Source: Methanomassiliicoccus sp. UBA6
Lineage (GTDB): Archaea; Thermoplasmatota; Thermoplasmata; Methanomassiliicoccales; Methanomassiliicoccaceae
Length of the DNA: 64,000 bases
Reading direction: 5' to 3'
NCBI GenBank assembly: GCA_002508545.1
Contig: DAVH01000062.1
Span: forward strand, 559-64,558
The translations under genes and the position numbers were made by a program. Positions 25,608 to 35,059 of the stretch are shown in pieces. The notes below the pieces were generated by a model that did not search any database, was not told where the DNA came from, and saw only the letters and a program-made list of their open reading frames with translations. Positions within the stretch are counted from its first letter, which is position 1, and every line of letters starts with the position of its first letter.

Positions 25608-27041
25608 TCAGTCCTTCTGGTCGGGGCAGGGGTAGCGGAGGTGCTGGATGATGCAGCCCTCCCACTCCTGCATCTTGCCGGGGTTCATGATGTTGTTGGG
25701 GTCCAGGCCCTTCTTGATCGCCGCCATCGCTCCCAGGGCGGTGGCGCGCTCCTTTTGGAAGTAGGGCGCCTTGGAGATGCCGACGCCGTGCTCGCCGGTG
25801 ACCGTGCCCCCCAGACGCACGCAGGTGTCGAAGATGTCGCGCACCGCCATCTCGCCGTTGCGCCATGACTCCGGGGACTCCGGGTTCAGCAGCATTTTGG
25901 TGTGGAGGTTCCCGTCCGCCGCGTGCCCGTAGGTACCGACTATGACGCCGTACTTCTCGGCGATCTTGCCGAACTCGACCACCGCGATCGGGATCTTGGA
26001 TATGGGCACCGCCATGTCATCGGCCAGGGACACCGAAACCAGCCCGGCGCCGTATCGGGACAGGGCGGACATCACGCTCTTGCGGGAGTTGGTCCACTTG
26101 GCCATCTGCGCCGGGTCATCGGACTGCTGCAGCCCGACCGCGCCGATGGACTCGGCGACCTTCACGACCTCGGCCAGCTCCTCGGCCACGACCTTGGGGT
26201 CACCGTCCACCTCGATCATGCACAGCGCCTCCACGTCCGGGAGGCCAGCGTTGATGGCCTTGTTGACCGCGCGGATGCAGGTGGAGTCCATCAGCTCGAC
26301 CGCGGACGGCAGCAGGGGTTTGGCGATGAGCGCGGAGACGCACTTGCCGGCCTTCTCCAGCGTGTCGAAGCCGGCCACGATCATGGCCATCTTCTTGGGC
26401 TTGGGCACGATGCGCAGGGTGACCTGGGTGATGATCCCCAGGGTGCCCTCGCTGCCGACGAAGAGGCGCTCGAGCTGGTAGCCGGAGGCGTTCTTGAGCG
26501 TACGGGTGCCGACCTCGATGATCTCGCCGGTGGGGAGGACCACTTCCAGCCCCAGCACGTAATCGCGGGTGCCGCCGTACTTTACCGCGCGCATCCCCGA
26601 GGCGTTGGTGGCGACCATGCCTCCGACGGTGCAGGCCTCGGCGCTGCCGGGGGTAGGGGGGAAGGTGAACTTGTAGGGGCCCAGGGCCTTCTGGAGGCTG
26701 TCGTACACGACTCCGGCCTCGCACACGCAGTACAGGTCCTCGACCCGGATCTCCTTGATCTTGTTCATCCTGGTGAGATCGATGACCATGCCGCCCTTCA
26801 AGGGCACGGCGCCGCCGCACAGGCCGGTGCCGGCGCCGCGGGGCACGATGGGGATCTTGAGCTTGTTCGCCAGCTTGACCAGCTGGGCCACCTGCTCGGT
26901 GCTCCTTGGCTGGACCACGATATCAGGGGTGACGTGGTGGATGGAGGCATCGAAGCCATAGGTGTAGCGGTCCGCAATCCTTGTGGAATAGTTGTTCTCG
27001 CCGACGATCGTCCCGATCTGCTCTACCACGGTCTGGTCCAT
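25608..27041 (-). CDS. FAD-linked oxidase (GlcD / D-lactate dehydrogenase family)
   Basis: MDQTVVEQIGTIVGENNYS...IVPRGAGTGLCGGAVP shows FAD_binding_4 followed by the C-terminal FAD-oxidase domain GTVTGEHGVGISK. I take the ATG at 27041 rather than 27155. Confidence 0.88.
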   Translation of the reverse strand: MDQTVVEQIGTIVGENNYSTRIADRYTYGFDASIHHVTPDIVVQPRSTEQVAQLVKLANKLKIPIVPRGAGTGLCGGAVPLKGGMVIDLTRMNKIKEIRVEDLYCVCEAGVVYDSLQKALGPYKFTFPPTPGSAEACTVGGMVATNASGMRAVKYGGTRDYVLGLEVVLPTGEIIEVGTRTLKNASGYQLERLFVGSEGTLGIITQVTLRIVPKPKKMAMIVAGFDTLEKAGKCVSALIAKPLLPSAVELMDSTCIRAVNKAINAGLPDVEALCMIEVDGDPKVVAEELAEVVKVAESIGAVGLQQSDDPAQMAKWTNSRKSVMSALSRYGAGLVSVSLADDMAVPISKIPIAVVEFGKIAEKYGVIVGTYGHAADGNLHTKMLLNPESPESWRNGEMAVRDIFDTCVRLGGTVTGEHGVGISKAPYFQKERATALGAMAAIKKGLDPNNIMNPGKMQEWEGCIIQHLRYPCPDQKD

Positions 27042-27319
27042 GACATCACTACCCAGCCCATTGTGGAGGGGTGATAAAAAACCTATCGAGGAACGACGGA
27101 GCAGACTACGATGTTCCGCAGCCGACCCTCGTTCTCGTGGTCCGGCGCTGCCCATTCACTACTGCGAGGATCCGCTGATAATGCTGATGCCCCTCCTCGG
27201 GGACCCTGGGCTCAGAGGATGGGCGTGAGCGGCCGCGCAGAGGTCGAGAGCCGCTTCACTCGTAGTGTTCAGCCCATCCCAGGTCGCTTCGGCGAGAGGA
27301 TGCTCGGAACGCCGTTCTC

Positions 27320-27715
27320 TCACTTCAGGTCGATCTTGACCCCGGCGTCCTTGAGGACCTCCATCGCCTTGTCAAGATAGACCTCCTTCATCAGGATGTG
27401 GTCGGTGGAGAAGGAGGATATCGCGAACAGGCTGATGTTCTGGTCGGCGAGCAGCTTCGTGATGTAGGCGAGGAACCCGATGAGGTCGAACGGCAGCTTG
27501 GTGTCGAAGGATATTATGCGGAACGGCTTCTCCTCCTCCAGCATCTTGATGCCGCTGTTCAGCTCCGCCACCACGGTGATCTCCGCACCATCGGTGACGA
27601 CCGCGAACACCCTGCTGTCGAATTCGGGGATGGCCGCCACCTTCCCTATGGTGTACTCCTTCCTGCGGACCGACGCCCGGATCTCCGTGTCCTTCTTGAA
27701 CTCCTCGAACTTCAT
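27320..27715 (-). CDS. ACT-domain-containing small regulatory protein
   Basis: 131 aa. FRIISFDTKLPFDLIGFLAYITKLLADQNISLFAISSFSTDHILM fits the ACT fold pattern. Confidence 0.6.
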   Translation of the reverse strand: MKFEEFKKDTEIRASVRRKEYTIGKVAAIPEFDSRVFAVVTDGAEITVVAELNSGIKMLEEEKPFRIISFDTKLPFDLIGFLAYITKLLADQNISLFAISSFSTDHILMKEVYLDKAMEVLKDAGVKIDLK

Positions 27716-28072
27716 TCTATCTTCCGAGAGGGTGATAGAGTCGGAATCAGATATTAATCAAGACGCTCCCGGCCAGTCAACCTCGTCCTGAATTTGTCAT
27801 AATGTGGACATTCTAAAAGGGCCCGTCCCCCGGTCATCCTAGTAATCACTTCCGGCCGTAGTGCTTACGCGTGGCCAGCTTTCCGATACTGCGGATGAAC
27901 CTCCCCTGCTCATGGCCCCTTCCCGGAATGTGGGTGGCCGGTCTCCGGAGGTCCGGCATCATGAAATGTTCCTCGACATTTCCGTCGATTGAACACGCCT
28001 AGAGATGATGGGGGCCGAATCGATAATATATCCGGATGGGCGATGGTCAGGCCGTCCACGGGGCTCATCAGG

Positions 28073-29029
28073 ATGAGGATACTACACATCGAGAACACCG
28101 CGGGGGTAGGCTGGCAGATCGCCCAGGGGCAGAGGGCGCTGGGGCATCAGGCCGAGGTCCTCGAGACCTATCGGGGCAGGATCCGGTTCGGGCACGATCA
28201 CGAGAACTACTACGAGGGACCTTTCATCCCGATCAAGATGCTGCGGACGCTGCTGCTCGCCCGGCACTACGACATCGTTCACATGCATGCCGGGATCGCG
28301 TTCAAGCGCATCGACATCCCGGCCATCAAGCGCCTCCTGCGCAAGCCCCTGGTGGTCCACTACCACGGGTCGGAGACCAGGATGGGCTACGGGATGTACC
28401 GCCAGCATCTGGCCGACGCCAAGATCGTGGCCACCCCGGACCTGCTGCAGTGGCACCCTGGGGCGACCTACGTGCCGATTCCCCAGTCCCCCCTGGAGTA
28501 TCACTTCGAGTTCGACGGGCGGCTGAAGGTCCTGCACGCGCCGACCAACCGGAGGCTCAAGGGTACCGACCTCATCCTCGAGGCGATTGACAAGGCCAAG
28601 GAGGAGGGCATCCCCTTCGACTTCACCTTGGTGGAGGGTGCCGCTCACGAGGAGCTGCTGGAGCGGTTCCGGCACAACAACGTGTACATCGACCGGGCGA
28701 TCGCCGAGGCCGACGGCAAGCCCATCGGGACGATGGGGGTCGCGCCCCTGGAGGCGATGTCCACCGGGAACGCGGTCATCATGCACATCAACGATCAGTA
28801 TCTTCCGTTCTACGAGGGCTGCCCGGTCATCAACGTCAGGCCAACGGTGCAATCGCTGGTATCGTCGCTCCGGGAGCTCGCGGCCATGCCGGAGAGGATC
28901 AGGGAGCTCGGGGAGAAGGGGGCGAGGTACGTGGCCGAGACCAGGGACCCCAAGGCTATCGCCCGGATGTGCTTGGATATCTACGAGCAGGTCCTGGCGA
29001 GGCGGGAGCGGCCTGCCGGAGCGGAGTGA
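28073..29029 (+). CDS. glycosyltransferase (GT4-like, GT-B fold)
   Basis: MRILHIENTAGVG... at the N-terminus. The C-terminal part has KVLHAPTNRRLKGTD...MGVAPLEAMSTGNAVI, the E-x7-E-like region. The ATG at 28073 is preferred. Confidence 0.75.
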   Translation: MRILHIENTAGVGWQIAQGQRALGHQAEVLETYRGRIRFGHDHENYYEGPFIPIKMLRTLLLARHYDIVHMHAGIAFKRIDIPAIKRLLRKPLVVHYHGSETRMGYGMYRQHLADAKIVATPDLLQWHPGATYVPIPQSPLEYHFEFDGRLKVLHAPTNRRLKGTDLILEAIDKAKEEGIPFDFTLVEGAAHEELLERFRHNNVYIDRAIAEADGKPIGTMGVAPLEAMSTGNAVIMHINDQYLPFYEGCPVINVRPTVQSLVSSLRELAAMPERIRELGEKGARYVAETRDPKAIARMCLDIYEQVLARRERPAGAE

Positions 29030-29076
29030 TCCAGGAAGGTTGATCACGGCAGGGCGCGGACGCTCGGGCCAGGGAT

Positions 29077-29613
29077 CTACGGCGCTCGCTTCCGCCTCTC
29101 GTCCCAGTCCTGCCGGAGGATGGACATGAGGACGCTGTCGACATACCTGCCGTCCTTGAACCGGTGATGTCGGACCACCCCCTCGCGGACGAAGCCGCAC
29201 TTCTCGTAGCACCTGATGGCCCGATGGTTGCCGACGTCGGCGTAGAGGCCCACCCGTTCCAATCCGAGCTCGTCGAAGAGGTACCCCAGCAGCACGGTGA
29301 TGGCATCGGTCCCGTACCCCCGGGACCAGAGATCCTTCTCTCCGATCATGATGCCCAGGTCGGTCTTCCGGTTCCTCCAGTCCAACCCGATCATGCCGAT
29401 GTTGCCGATGAGGCGGCCGTCCCGGGTCTCGATGGAGAAGGCCTTGTCCTTGCCCGCCGTCATGTGATGATACCACACCACCTCGTCCTCCATCGACATG
29501 GGGGGCTCGAACTGGAGGTACGTCGTGACCTCGGGGTCGTTGATCCACTTGACGAACGTGGGCAGGTCGCCCTGCTCGACGGCCCGGATGCGGACGAGAG
29601 CGCCTTCGAGCAT
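29077..29613 (-). CDS. GNAT N-acetyltransferase (RimJ/RimL-like)
   Basis: VRIRAVEQGDLPTFVKWINDPEV...WSRGYGTDAITVLLGYLFDELGLERVGLYADVGNHRAIRCYEKCGF. Confidence 0.85.
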   Translation of the reverse strand: MLEGALVRIRAVEQGDLPTFVKWINDPEVTTYLQFEPPMSMEDEVVWYHHMTAGKDKAFSIETRDGRLIGNIGMIGLDWRNRKTDLGIMIGEKDLWSRGYGTDAITVLLGYLFDELGLERVGLYADVGNHRAIRCYEKCGFVREGVVRHHRFKDGRYVDSVLMSILRQDWDERRKRAP

Positions 29614-30149
29614 CAGCGCCTCCCCTCCTCGGCCCTTAGGACGCTCATGATGTGCGATGATGCGGGCCTCCCGTGATGATAGTGGTCGTCCCTCAGGGTC
29701 CCCTCGAGCTCGAACCCCGCGGCGCGGTAGCAGGCGATCGCACCATCATTGTAGCACGGCACCCGGAGGTACACCCGGTGAAGGTTCATGACCTCGAAGG
29801 CGTGGGCCACCATCATCCTGGCGGCCTCCACGTCCTTCCCCCGGCCCTGCTCCGAGACCTCTCCGATCACCAGGTCCAGCTCGGCGTTGGAGTTACGTAG
29901 GTCGATGTGCGAGAGCCCCGTCCAGCCGATGGCCTTCTCCGTTCCGAGGTCGACGATCATGAAATCGCGGTTGGTCGGCGACGTCAGCTTTTTCTCCACG
30001 ATCGACCGCTCCTCGTCGACCGAGATGCAGAACAGGGCGTGGCGCAGGCCGAGGTCCTCGATGACCCGCTGATCGTTGTACCACTTGTACAGGTGCCAGA
30101 CGTCCTCGCTCACCATCGGCCGGAGGCCGACCTGTGTTCCCTTCAGCAT
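29613..30149 (-). CDS. GNAT N-acetyltransferase (RimJ/RimL-like), tandem paralogue
   Basis: MLKGTQVGLRPMVSEDVWHLYKWYNDQRV...GRGKDVEAARMMVAHAFEVMNLHRVYLRVPCYNDGAIACYRAAGF. The ATG at 30149 is preferred over 30245. Confidence 0.82.
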   Translation of the reverse strand: MLKGTQVGLRPMVSEDVWHLYKWYNDQRVIEDLGLRHALFCISVDEERSIVEKKLTSPTNRDFMIVDLGTEKAIGWTGLSHIDLRNSNAELDLVIGEVSEQGRGKDVEAARMMVAHAFEVMNLHRVYLRVPCYNDGAIACYRAAGFELEGTLRDDHYHHGRPASSHIMSVLRAEEGRR

Positions 30150-30295
30150 CGTAGCCGCTCCGATTCCCAATGCCCCCGCTCGGTAATTAACCGTTGCCGG
30201 CCATCGATCTCGACGATGGCTGACCAATCCGAGGGTCGGGATCACGCTCCCGGAAGGTCAAAAATGGCTTAAGGCAGCAGCTGATACGACAGTAC

Positions 30296-30934
30296 ATGGA
30301 CGCTAAGATCGTTCTCCTGGGAGCTCCCGGGTCAGGCAAAGGCACTCAGGCCAAGAGGCTCTGCCAGGAGCTCGGGCTCACTCTGATATCGACCGGGGAC
30401 CTCCTCCGCGAGGCGGTACGCAACAACACCCCCCTGGGCGTCAAGGCGAAAGGGTACATGGACGCCGGAAAGCTCGTGCCGGACGAGCTGGTGATCGGAC
30501 TAATCAAGGAGAAGCTGTCCGGCCTGAAGGGCGGTTTCCTCCTGGACGGGTTCCCCCGGAACCTGGAGCAGGCCAAGATGCTGGACACCATCGCGAACAT
30601 CAACATGGCGATCAACCTGGACGTGGACGAGCAGATCATCGTCGACCGCATAGTGAAACGGCGCAGCTGCAAGCAGTGCAACGAGGTCTACCACCTCGAG
30701 GCCAAGCCCACCAAGGTGGCGGACGTGTGCGACAAGTGCGGCGGGGAGCTGTACCAGAGGACCGATGACTCCGAGCCGGTGGTGCGCGAGCGGCTCAGGG
30801 TGTACAAGGAGCGCACCCTGCCGCTGACCAAGTTCTACCAGGACCGCGGCATCTTGATCAACGTTGACGGCCAGGGGGAGATCGACGAGGTGTTCGAGAG
30901 GATCCTCAAGGCCGTCAAGGAGTTCAAACACTAG
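30296..30934 (+). CDS. adk: adenylate kinase, long bacterial-type with zinc lid
   Basis: IVLLGAPGSGKGTQAKRL and GFLLDGFPRN are present. The lid has CKQCNEVYH...CDKCGGEL. Confidence 0.93.
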   Translation: MDAKIVLLGAPGSGKGTQAKRLCQELGLTLISTGDLLREAVRNNTPLGVKAKGYMDAGKLVPDELVIGLIKEKLSGLKGGFLLDGFPRNLEQAKMLDTIANINMAINLDVDEQIIVDRIVKRRSCKQCNEVYHLEAKPTKVADVCDKCGGELYQRTDDSEPVVRERLRVYKERTLPLTKFYQDRGILINVDGQGEIDEVFERILKAVKEFKH

Positions 30935-30970
30935 AGGGGCCGGGCCGGGGGTGCCCGGCCCGAGCGATAC

Positions 30971-30978
30971 ATTTAAAA
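30971..30978 (+). promoter_or_regulatory. TATA-like box upstream of tRNA-Gln
   Basis: ATTTAAAA is centred about 34 nt upstream of the mature tRNA 5' end. Confidence 0.45.
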
Positions 30979-31008
30979 GTTATGAGCAGTTTCCTGGCTC
31001 ACAGCCAT

Positions 31009-31084
31009 AGCCCCGTAGTGTAGCGGTCAATCATGCGAGACTCTGGATCTTGCGACGGCAGTTCGAATCTGCCCGGGGCTACCA
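31009..31084 (+). tRNA. tRNA-Gln (anticodon CTG), CCA encoded
   Basis: AGCCCCGTAGTGTAGCGGTCAATCATGCGAGACTCTGGATCTTGCGACGGCAGTTCGAATCTGCCCGGGGCTACCA. It has A1:U72, anticodon loop CTCTGGA and T-loop TTCGAAT. Confidence 0.9.
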
Positions 31085-31129
31085 TTATTCTCTCATTCTT
31101 TCAGAACATCAGGTCCGCTCACGCCGGGC

Positions 31130-31720
31130 TCACAGCTTCAGGTCCTTGGGGTCGAAGTGCTCCCTGCCGGCGGCCAGGTCTTTGAGGTACTGCTCCCCGT
31201 CCTCGGGCCCGCGCGCGTACAGGGTGTCGCCGGCCATCATGGTGGTGTGCTGGTCCGGGCCGTATATGTACCGCCGTCCCCTCCGGATGGCGATGACGAA
31301 CATCCCGGTGTTGGTGGCCAGCCGGACCTTTCCCAGGGTGGCCCCGTCAAGGTCGGAGCTCTCCCCCACCGTGACCGCGGTGATGATGACGTCCGTTTCC
31401 CTCAGCGCCAGCTGGATGACCGGATGGGGAGGCACGTCCATGCGGACCACGTCCGCGATCTTCAGCGCGGCGTTGGAGATCTCCCCTACGGACTGCGCGA
31501 GACGGATGATTAGGAGCGCCTTCTTGATGTCCTTGTCCTCGGTGGCGTTCTGGATCGCCATCTCCTGGATCTCGTTCTCCAGCTCCCTCATGCGGCTGTC
31601 GAGCTGGTAGACCTCCTCGGCGATGTCCCGGTTGTTGTACAGCAGCGACGAGTATGCCAGGTCGACCATGAGCTCGGAGGTGTCCTTGATCTCCAGCAGC
31701 ATATCTTCCAGCGCGCCCAT
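31130..31720 (-). CDS. PhoU-like plus TrkA-C (RCK_C) domain regulatory protein
   Basis: MGALEDMLLEIKDTSELMVDLAYSSLLYNN... is followed by a C-terminal TrkA_C region (LGKVRLATNTGMFVIAIRRGRRYIYGPDQHTTMMAGDTLYARG). The ATG at 31720 overlaps the upstream stop (TGATG). Confidence 0.8.
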   Translation of the reverse strand: MGALEDMLLEIKDTSELMVDLAYSSLLYNNRDIAEEVYQLDSRMRELENEIQEMAIQNATEDKDIKKALLIIRLAQSVGEISNAALKIADVVRMDVPPHPVIQLALRETDVIITAVTVGESSDLDGATLGKVRLATNTGMFVIAIRRGRRYIYGPDQHTTMMAGDTLYARGPEDGEQYLKDLAAGREHFDPKDLKL

Positions 31721-32346
31721 CAGTCTTCCTCCGGATACACTGGCCATTTCTCCGCACCGGAGGTGAAGCGACGCAGGCGCTCGAACCCGTCCTCGGTGCC
31801 GCGCACGACGAGCACGTCGCCCTCCTTGAGTCGCTCGGTCTCCTCCGGATCATATATCCATCGTATGCCGCGCTTGATGGCGATGATCCGCATGCCCGTC
31901 TCGGTCTCCACGCTCAGGTCTTCCAGGCTCTTGCCTCCCATGTCCGACCGGTCGGAGAGGGTCAGCAGGCGGATCTTCTCCTCCGCCTCCTTGAGCACGA
32001 GGCTGACGATGGGGCTGCCCTTGGGGTTGAGGTCCAGAAGCCCGACGATGTCCCCCGCGGCGGCGGAGATGGCGGCCGCTCCTTCGGCCACCTGCAGCAG
32101 GCCGGACAGCTGCACGGCGTCCTGGGTGGTCCTGGAGGCGAGCATCATGCGGATCTTGATCTCGTGGTTGAGGGTGTCCATCCTGGCCCCGAGGTGATGG
32201 ACCTCGGCGCCGATCTCCTGGCTGTCGAACAGCAGCGCTGCGTAGGCCAGGTCCACGATGACCTCGGAGATGTCCTTTATCTCGGTCAAAAGCTCTCTGA
32301 CGGTGAGGTTCTCCTTCTCCTCATCGCGGTCCTCGTAGTCCACCAT
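31720..32346 (-). CDS. PhoU-like plus TrkA-C (RCK_C) domain regulatory protein, tandem paralogue
   Basis: It has the same architecture as its neighbour: VRELLTEIKDISEVIVDLAYAALLFDS... and GKSLEDLSVETETGMRIIAIKRGIRWIYDPEETERLKEGDVLVVRG. Confidence 0.8.
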   Translation of the reverse strand: MVDYEDRDEEKENLTVRELLTEIKDISEVIVDLAYAALLFDSQEIGAEVHHLGARMDTLNHEIKIRMMLASRTTQDAVQLSGLLQVAEGAAAISAAAGDIVGLLDLNPKGSPIVSLVLKEAEEKIRLLTLSDRSDMGGKSLEDLSVETETGMRIIAIKRGIRWIYDPEETERLKEGDVLVVRGTEDGFERLRRFTSGAEKWPVYPEED

Positions 32347-32607
32347 TGCCTATTGCACCCTCCCCGGACCCGGGGCTCTATGGCGGAAGCTGAATAGAAC
32401 TTCGTTAGATCGATCCTCACTAAGGTTCAACGGTGTCCACCAGGCCGGCACTAGCCGCTCGCGCTCGTGCCATCCTTAAATTCGATTGAGATATATATCA
32501 ATTGTCGGGCATCGGGGGCCTTACCGCCCTCACGCTCCTGCCTGAGGAAGTTGATATATGAATTAGAGGTTTCCGTCAACGGGGTGAACTGATTGTTCAA
32601 GGGAACG

Positions 32608-33810
32608 ATGGCATTCTTCTCGCGCAACCGATCGGTCTTCACCCTGGGCCTGGTCGCCCTCATGATCTCGTCGATGGGGGACCTCTTGGCCGGCGCCACC
32701 CTCGGCTCCATGACCGAGGCCCTGAAGCTCATCCCCGGCCTGATGATCCTCATCACCCCGGCGATCGGCATGCGCGGCAATGTCTTCGGGGCCCTGGGGA
32801 GCCGGCTGGGCACCGCCATGCACATCGGCACCTTCGAGATGTCCACCAGGAAGGGCAGCCTGCTGAGGTCCAACATGGAATCCTCGCTCCTGCTGACCCT
32901 GGTCATGTCGGTGATCATGGGCATCCTCGCCACCATCGTCGCCACCGCCCTGGGGTCGAGGGACATCCGGGTCGAGATGCTGGTCTTCATCTCCGTTCTG
33001 GGCGGGATGCTCGCCGGCTTCGTCCTCATATTCATCAACATCCTGGTGGCGTACCTGGGGTTCAAGCGCAACTGGGACATCGACAACATCTCCGCCCCGC
33101 TCATCACCGCGGCGGGGGACATCGTTACTCTGCCGATGCTGTTCGTGGCGGCCATCGTGGTGTTGAACTCGCCAGACCTGGCGATCCAGATCTTCGCCGT
33201 GGTGTTCGTGGTGATCACCGCGTACCTGACCTACCGGGCCCTGTCCAACGGCCAGGGGGAGGCGCGGCGGATCTTCGTGCAGAGCAGCCCGGTCCTGATC
33301 ATATGCATCGTGCTGGACATCATCGCCGGTGTCACCATCGACCAGCAGCTGGAGAGCCTGGTGGCCCTGCCCGCGCTCCTCGTCCTCATCCCCCCGTTCC
33401 TGGAGGACGCCAACGCGCTCGGGGGCATCTTGACCTCGCGGTTCTCGTCCCTGCTGCACATGGGTATCCTGGAGCCGAACCGGTTCCCGGGAAGGGTGGC
33501 GATGGAGAACTTCGCCATCATCTACCTGTTCTCGATGTGGGTGTTCACCCTGGTGGGCATCTCCACCTACGCCGTCGCGGTCATCCTGAACCTGGGGACA
33601 CCGCCGCTGTGGGAGATCGTCCTCCTGTCCATCACCGCCGGCCTGGTGACTGTATCTGCGCTGAACATACTGTCGTACTACGTCTCGGTGTTCACCTTCC
33701 GCATGAGGCTGGACCCTGACGACCACTCCATACCGCTGACCTCGTCGGCGATCGATTCGGTGGGCGCGGTCGCCCTCATGGCCTTCATCATCATCTTCGG
33801 CCTGGCTTGA
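32608..33810 (+). CDS. MgtE/SLC41-like divalent cation transporter membrane protein (two repeats)
   Basis: There are two copies of the MgtE membrane-domain pattern (GDLLAG...PGLMILITPAIGMRGNVFGALGSRLGTAMHIG, then PALLVLIPPFLEDANALGGILTSRFSSLLHMG). It is divergent from the PhoU/TrkA-C pair. ATG at 32608. Confidence 0.8.
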   Translation: MAFFSRNRSVFTLGLVALMISSMGDLLAGATLGSMTEALKLIPGLMILITPAIGMRGNVFGALGSRLGTAMHIGTFEMSTRKGSLLRSNMESSLLLTLVMSVIMGILATIVATALGSRDIRVEMLVFISVLGGMLAGFVLIFINILVAYLGFKRNWDIDNISAPLITAAGDIVTLPMLFVAAIVVLNSPDLAIQIFAVVFVVITAYLTYRALSNGQGEARRIFVQSSPVLIICIVLDIIAGVTIDQQLESLVALPALLVLIPPFLEDANALGGILTSRFSSLLHMGILEPNRFPGRVAMENFAIIYLFSMWVFTLVGISTYAVAVILNLGTPPLWEIVLLSITAGLVTVSALNILSYYVSVFTFRMRLDPDDHSIPLTSSAIDSVGAVALMAFIIIFGLA

Positions 33811-33892
33811 GCAAGGCTGCGGCGCCGGAGGTGCGGGGCATCCTCGACAAGCTTATACTCTCCACCTCGTTCCGGATACCAAGTGGTAGGAC

Positions 33893-35050
33893 ATGATAGA
33901 CCGTGATGCCATCTTCGAGCTTCTTGACGATTATGACCTGAGCGATGCCAAGATCGGGGTGATCGGATCCCATTCCGCGCTGGACACCTGCGACGGGGCG
34001 GTGGAAGAGGGATTGCGCACCCTGGCGGTCTGCCAGGACGGGAGGGACACCCCTTACTCCAGATACTTCAAGGCCTTCCGGGACAACGACGGGCGGGTCT
34101 ACAGGGGCATGGTCGACGAGGTGATGCTGCTCCCCAAGTTCAGGGACGTCATCAAGCCGGAGGTCATGGCCGACCTCAGGAAGAGGAACGTGCTCTTCGT
34201 CCCCAACCGGTCGTTCACCTCTTACTGCTCCATCGACTCGGTGGAGAACGAGTTCATGGTCCCCCTGGTGGGCTCCAGGAACCTGCTCCGCAGCGAGGAC
34301 CGCGGCGGGCCCAAGGATTACTATTGGTTGCTGGACAAGGCCGGCATGCCGTATCCCCGCAGGATCACCGACCCCAAGGACATCAACTCCCTGACCATCG
34401 TGAAGCTGCACCACGCGAAGAAGAAGCTGGAGCGGGGCTTCTTCACCTGCGCGTCGTACCGCGAGTACCAGGAGAAGTCGGAGCAGCTCATCCGGCAGGG
34501 AGTGATCGACCGGGAGTGCCTGGAAGGGGCGCGCATGGAGGAGTACATCATCGGCCCGGTGTTCAACCTGGACTTCTTCTACTCGCCCCTGGAGAGGCAG
34601 GGGGAGAGGGTGGAGCTGATCGGCGTGGACTGGAGGTTCGAGAGCTCCCTCGACGGTCACGTGCGCATACCCGCGGCCCAGCAGCTCACGCTCAACGAGG
34701 ACCAGAAGGTGCCGGAGTACACCGTGTGCGGCCATAACTCCGCCACGCTGCGGGAGTCGCTGCTGGAGAATGCGTTCAAGCTCGCCGAGCAGTACGTCGA
34801 GGCGGCCAGGGAGCACTTCGCCCCGGGCATCATCGGGCCGTTCTGCCTGCAGACCTGCGTGGACAAGGACCTGAAGTTCTACATCTACGACGTGGCGCCG
34901 CGCATCGGCGGGGGCACGAACGTCCACATGAGCGTCGGGCATGCCTACGGCAACTCGCTGTGGCGCAAGAACATGTCCACCGGGCGCCGGCTGGCCATGG
35001 AAGTGCGCAGGGCGCTGGAGGAGGACCGCCTGAAGGAGATCGTCACCTGA
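33893..35050 (+). CDS. purP: 5-formaminoimidazole-4-carboxamide ribonucleotide (FAICAR) synthetase
   Basis: IGVIGSHSALDTCDGAVEEGLRTLAVCQDGRDTPYSRYF... shows the archaeal PurP ATP-grasp family pattern. 385 aa. Confidence 0.88.
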   Translation: MIDRDAIFELLDDYDLSDAKIGVIGSHSALDTCDGAVEEGLRTLAVCQDGRDTPYSRYFKAFRDNDGRVYRGMVDEVMLLPKFRDVIKPEVMADLRKRNVLFVPNRSFTSYCSIDSVENEFMVPLVGSRNLLRSEDRGGPKDYYWLLDKAGMPYPRRITDPKDINSLTIVKLHHAKKKLERGFFTCASYREYQEKSEQLIRQGVIDRECLEGARMEEYIIGPVFNLDFFYSPLERQGERVELIGVDWRFESSLDGHVRIPAAQQLTLNEDQKVPEYTVCGHNSATLRESLLENAFKLAEQYVEAAREHFAPGIIGPFCLQTCVDKDLKFYIYDVAPRIGGGTNVHMSVGHAYGNSLWRKNMSTGRRLAMEVRRALEEDRLKEIVT

Positions 35051-35059
35051 GCCGCTGAC

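Noticed and set aside
28082-29548. 488-aa minus-strand ORF
   Set aside because: It is antisense to the glycosyltransferase and out of frame with the GNAT gene. Its composition is Arg/Pro/Gly-rich.
6502-30934. Possible pyrrolysine or UAG recoding, considered because the gene content hints at a methanogen-related lineage
   Set aside because: TAG is used as an ordinary terminator for several well-defined genes here (L37e, the QueG-like protein, the UPF0391 protein and adk). I saw no gene that needs read-through of an in-frame TAG. No pyl genes or methylamine methyltransferases occur in the window.
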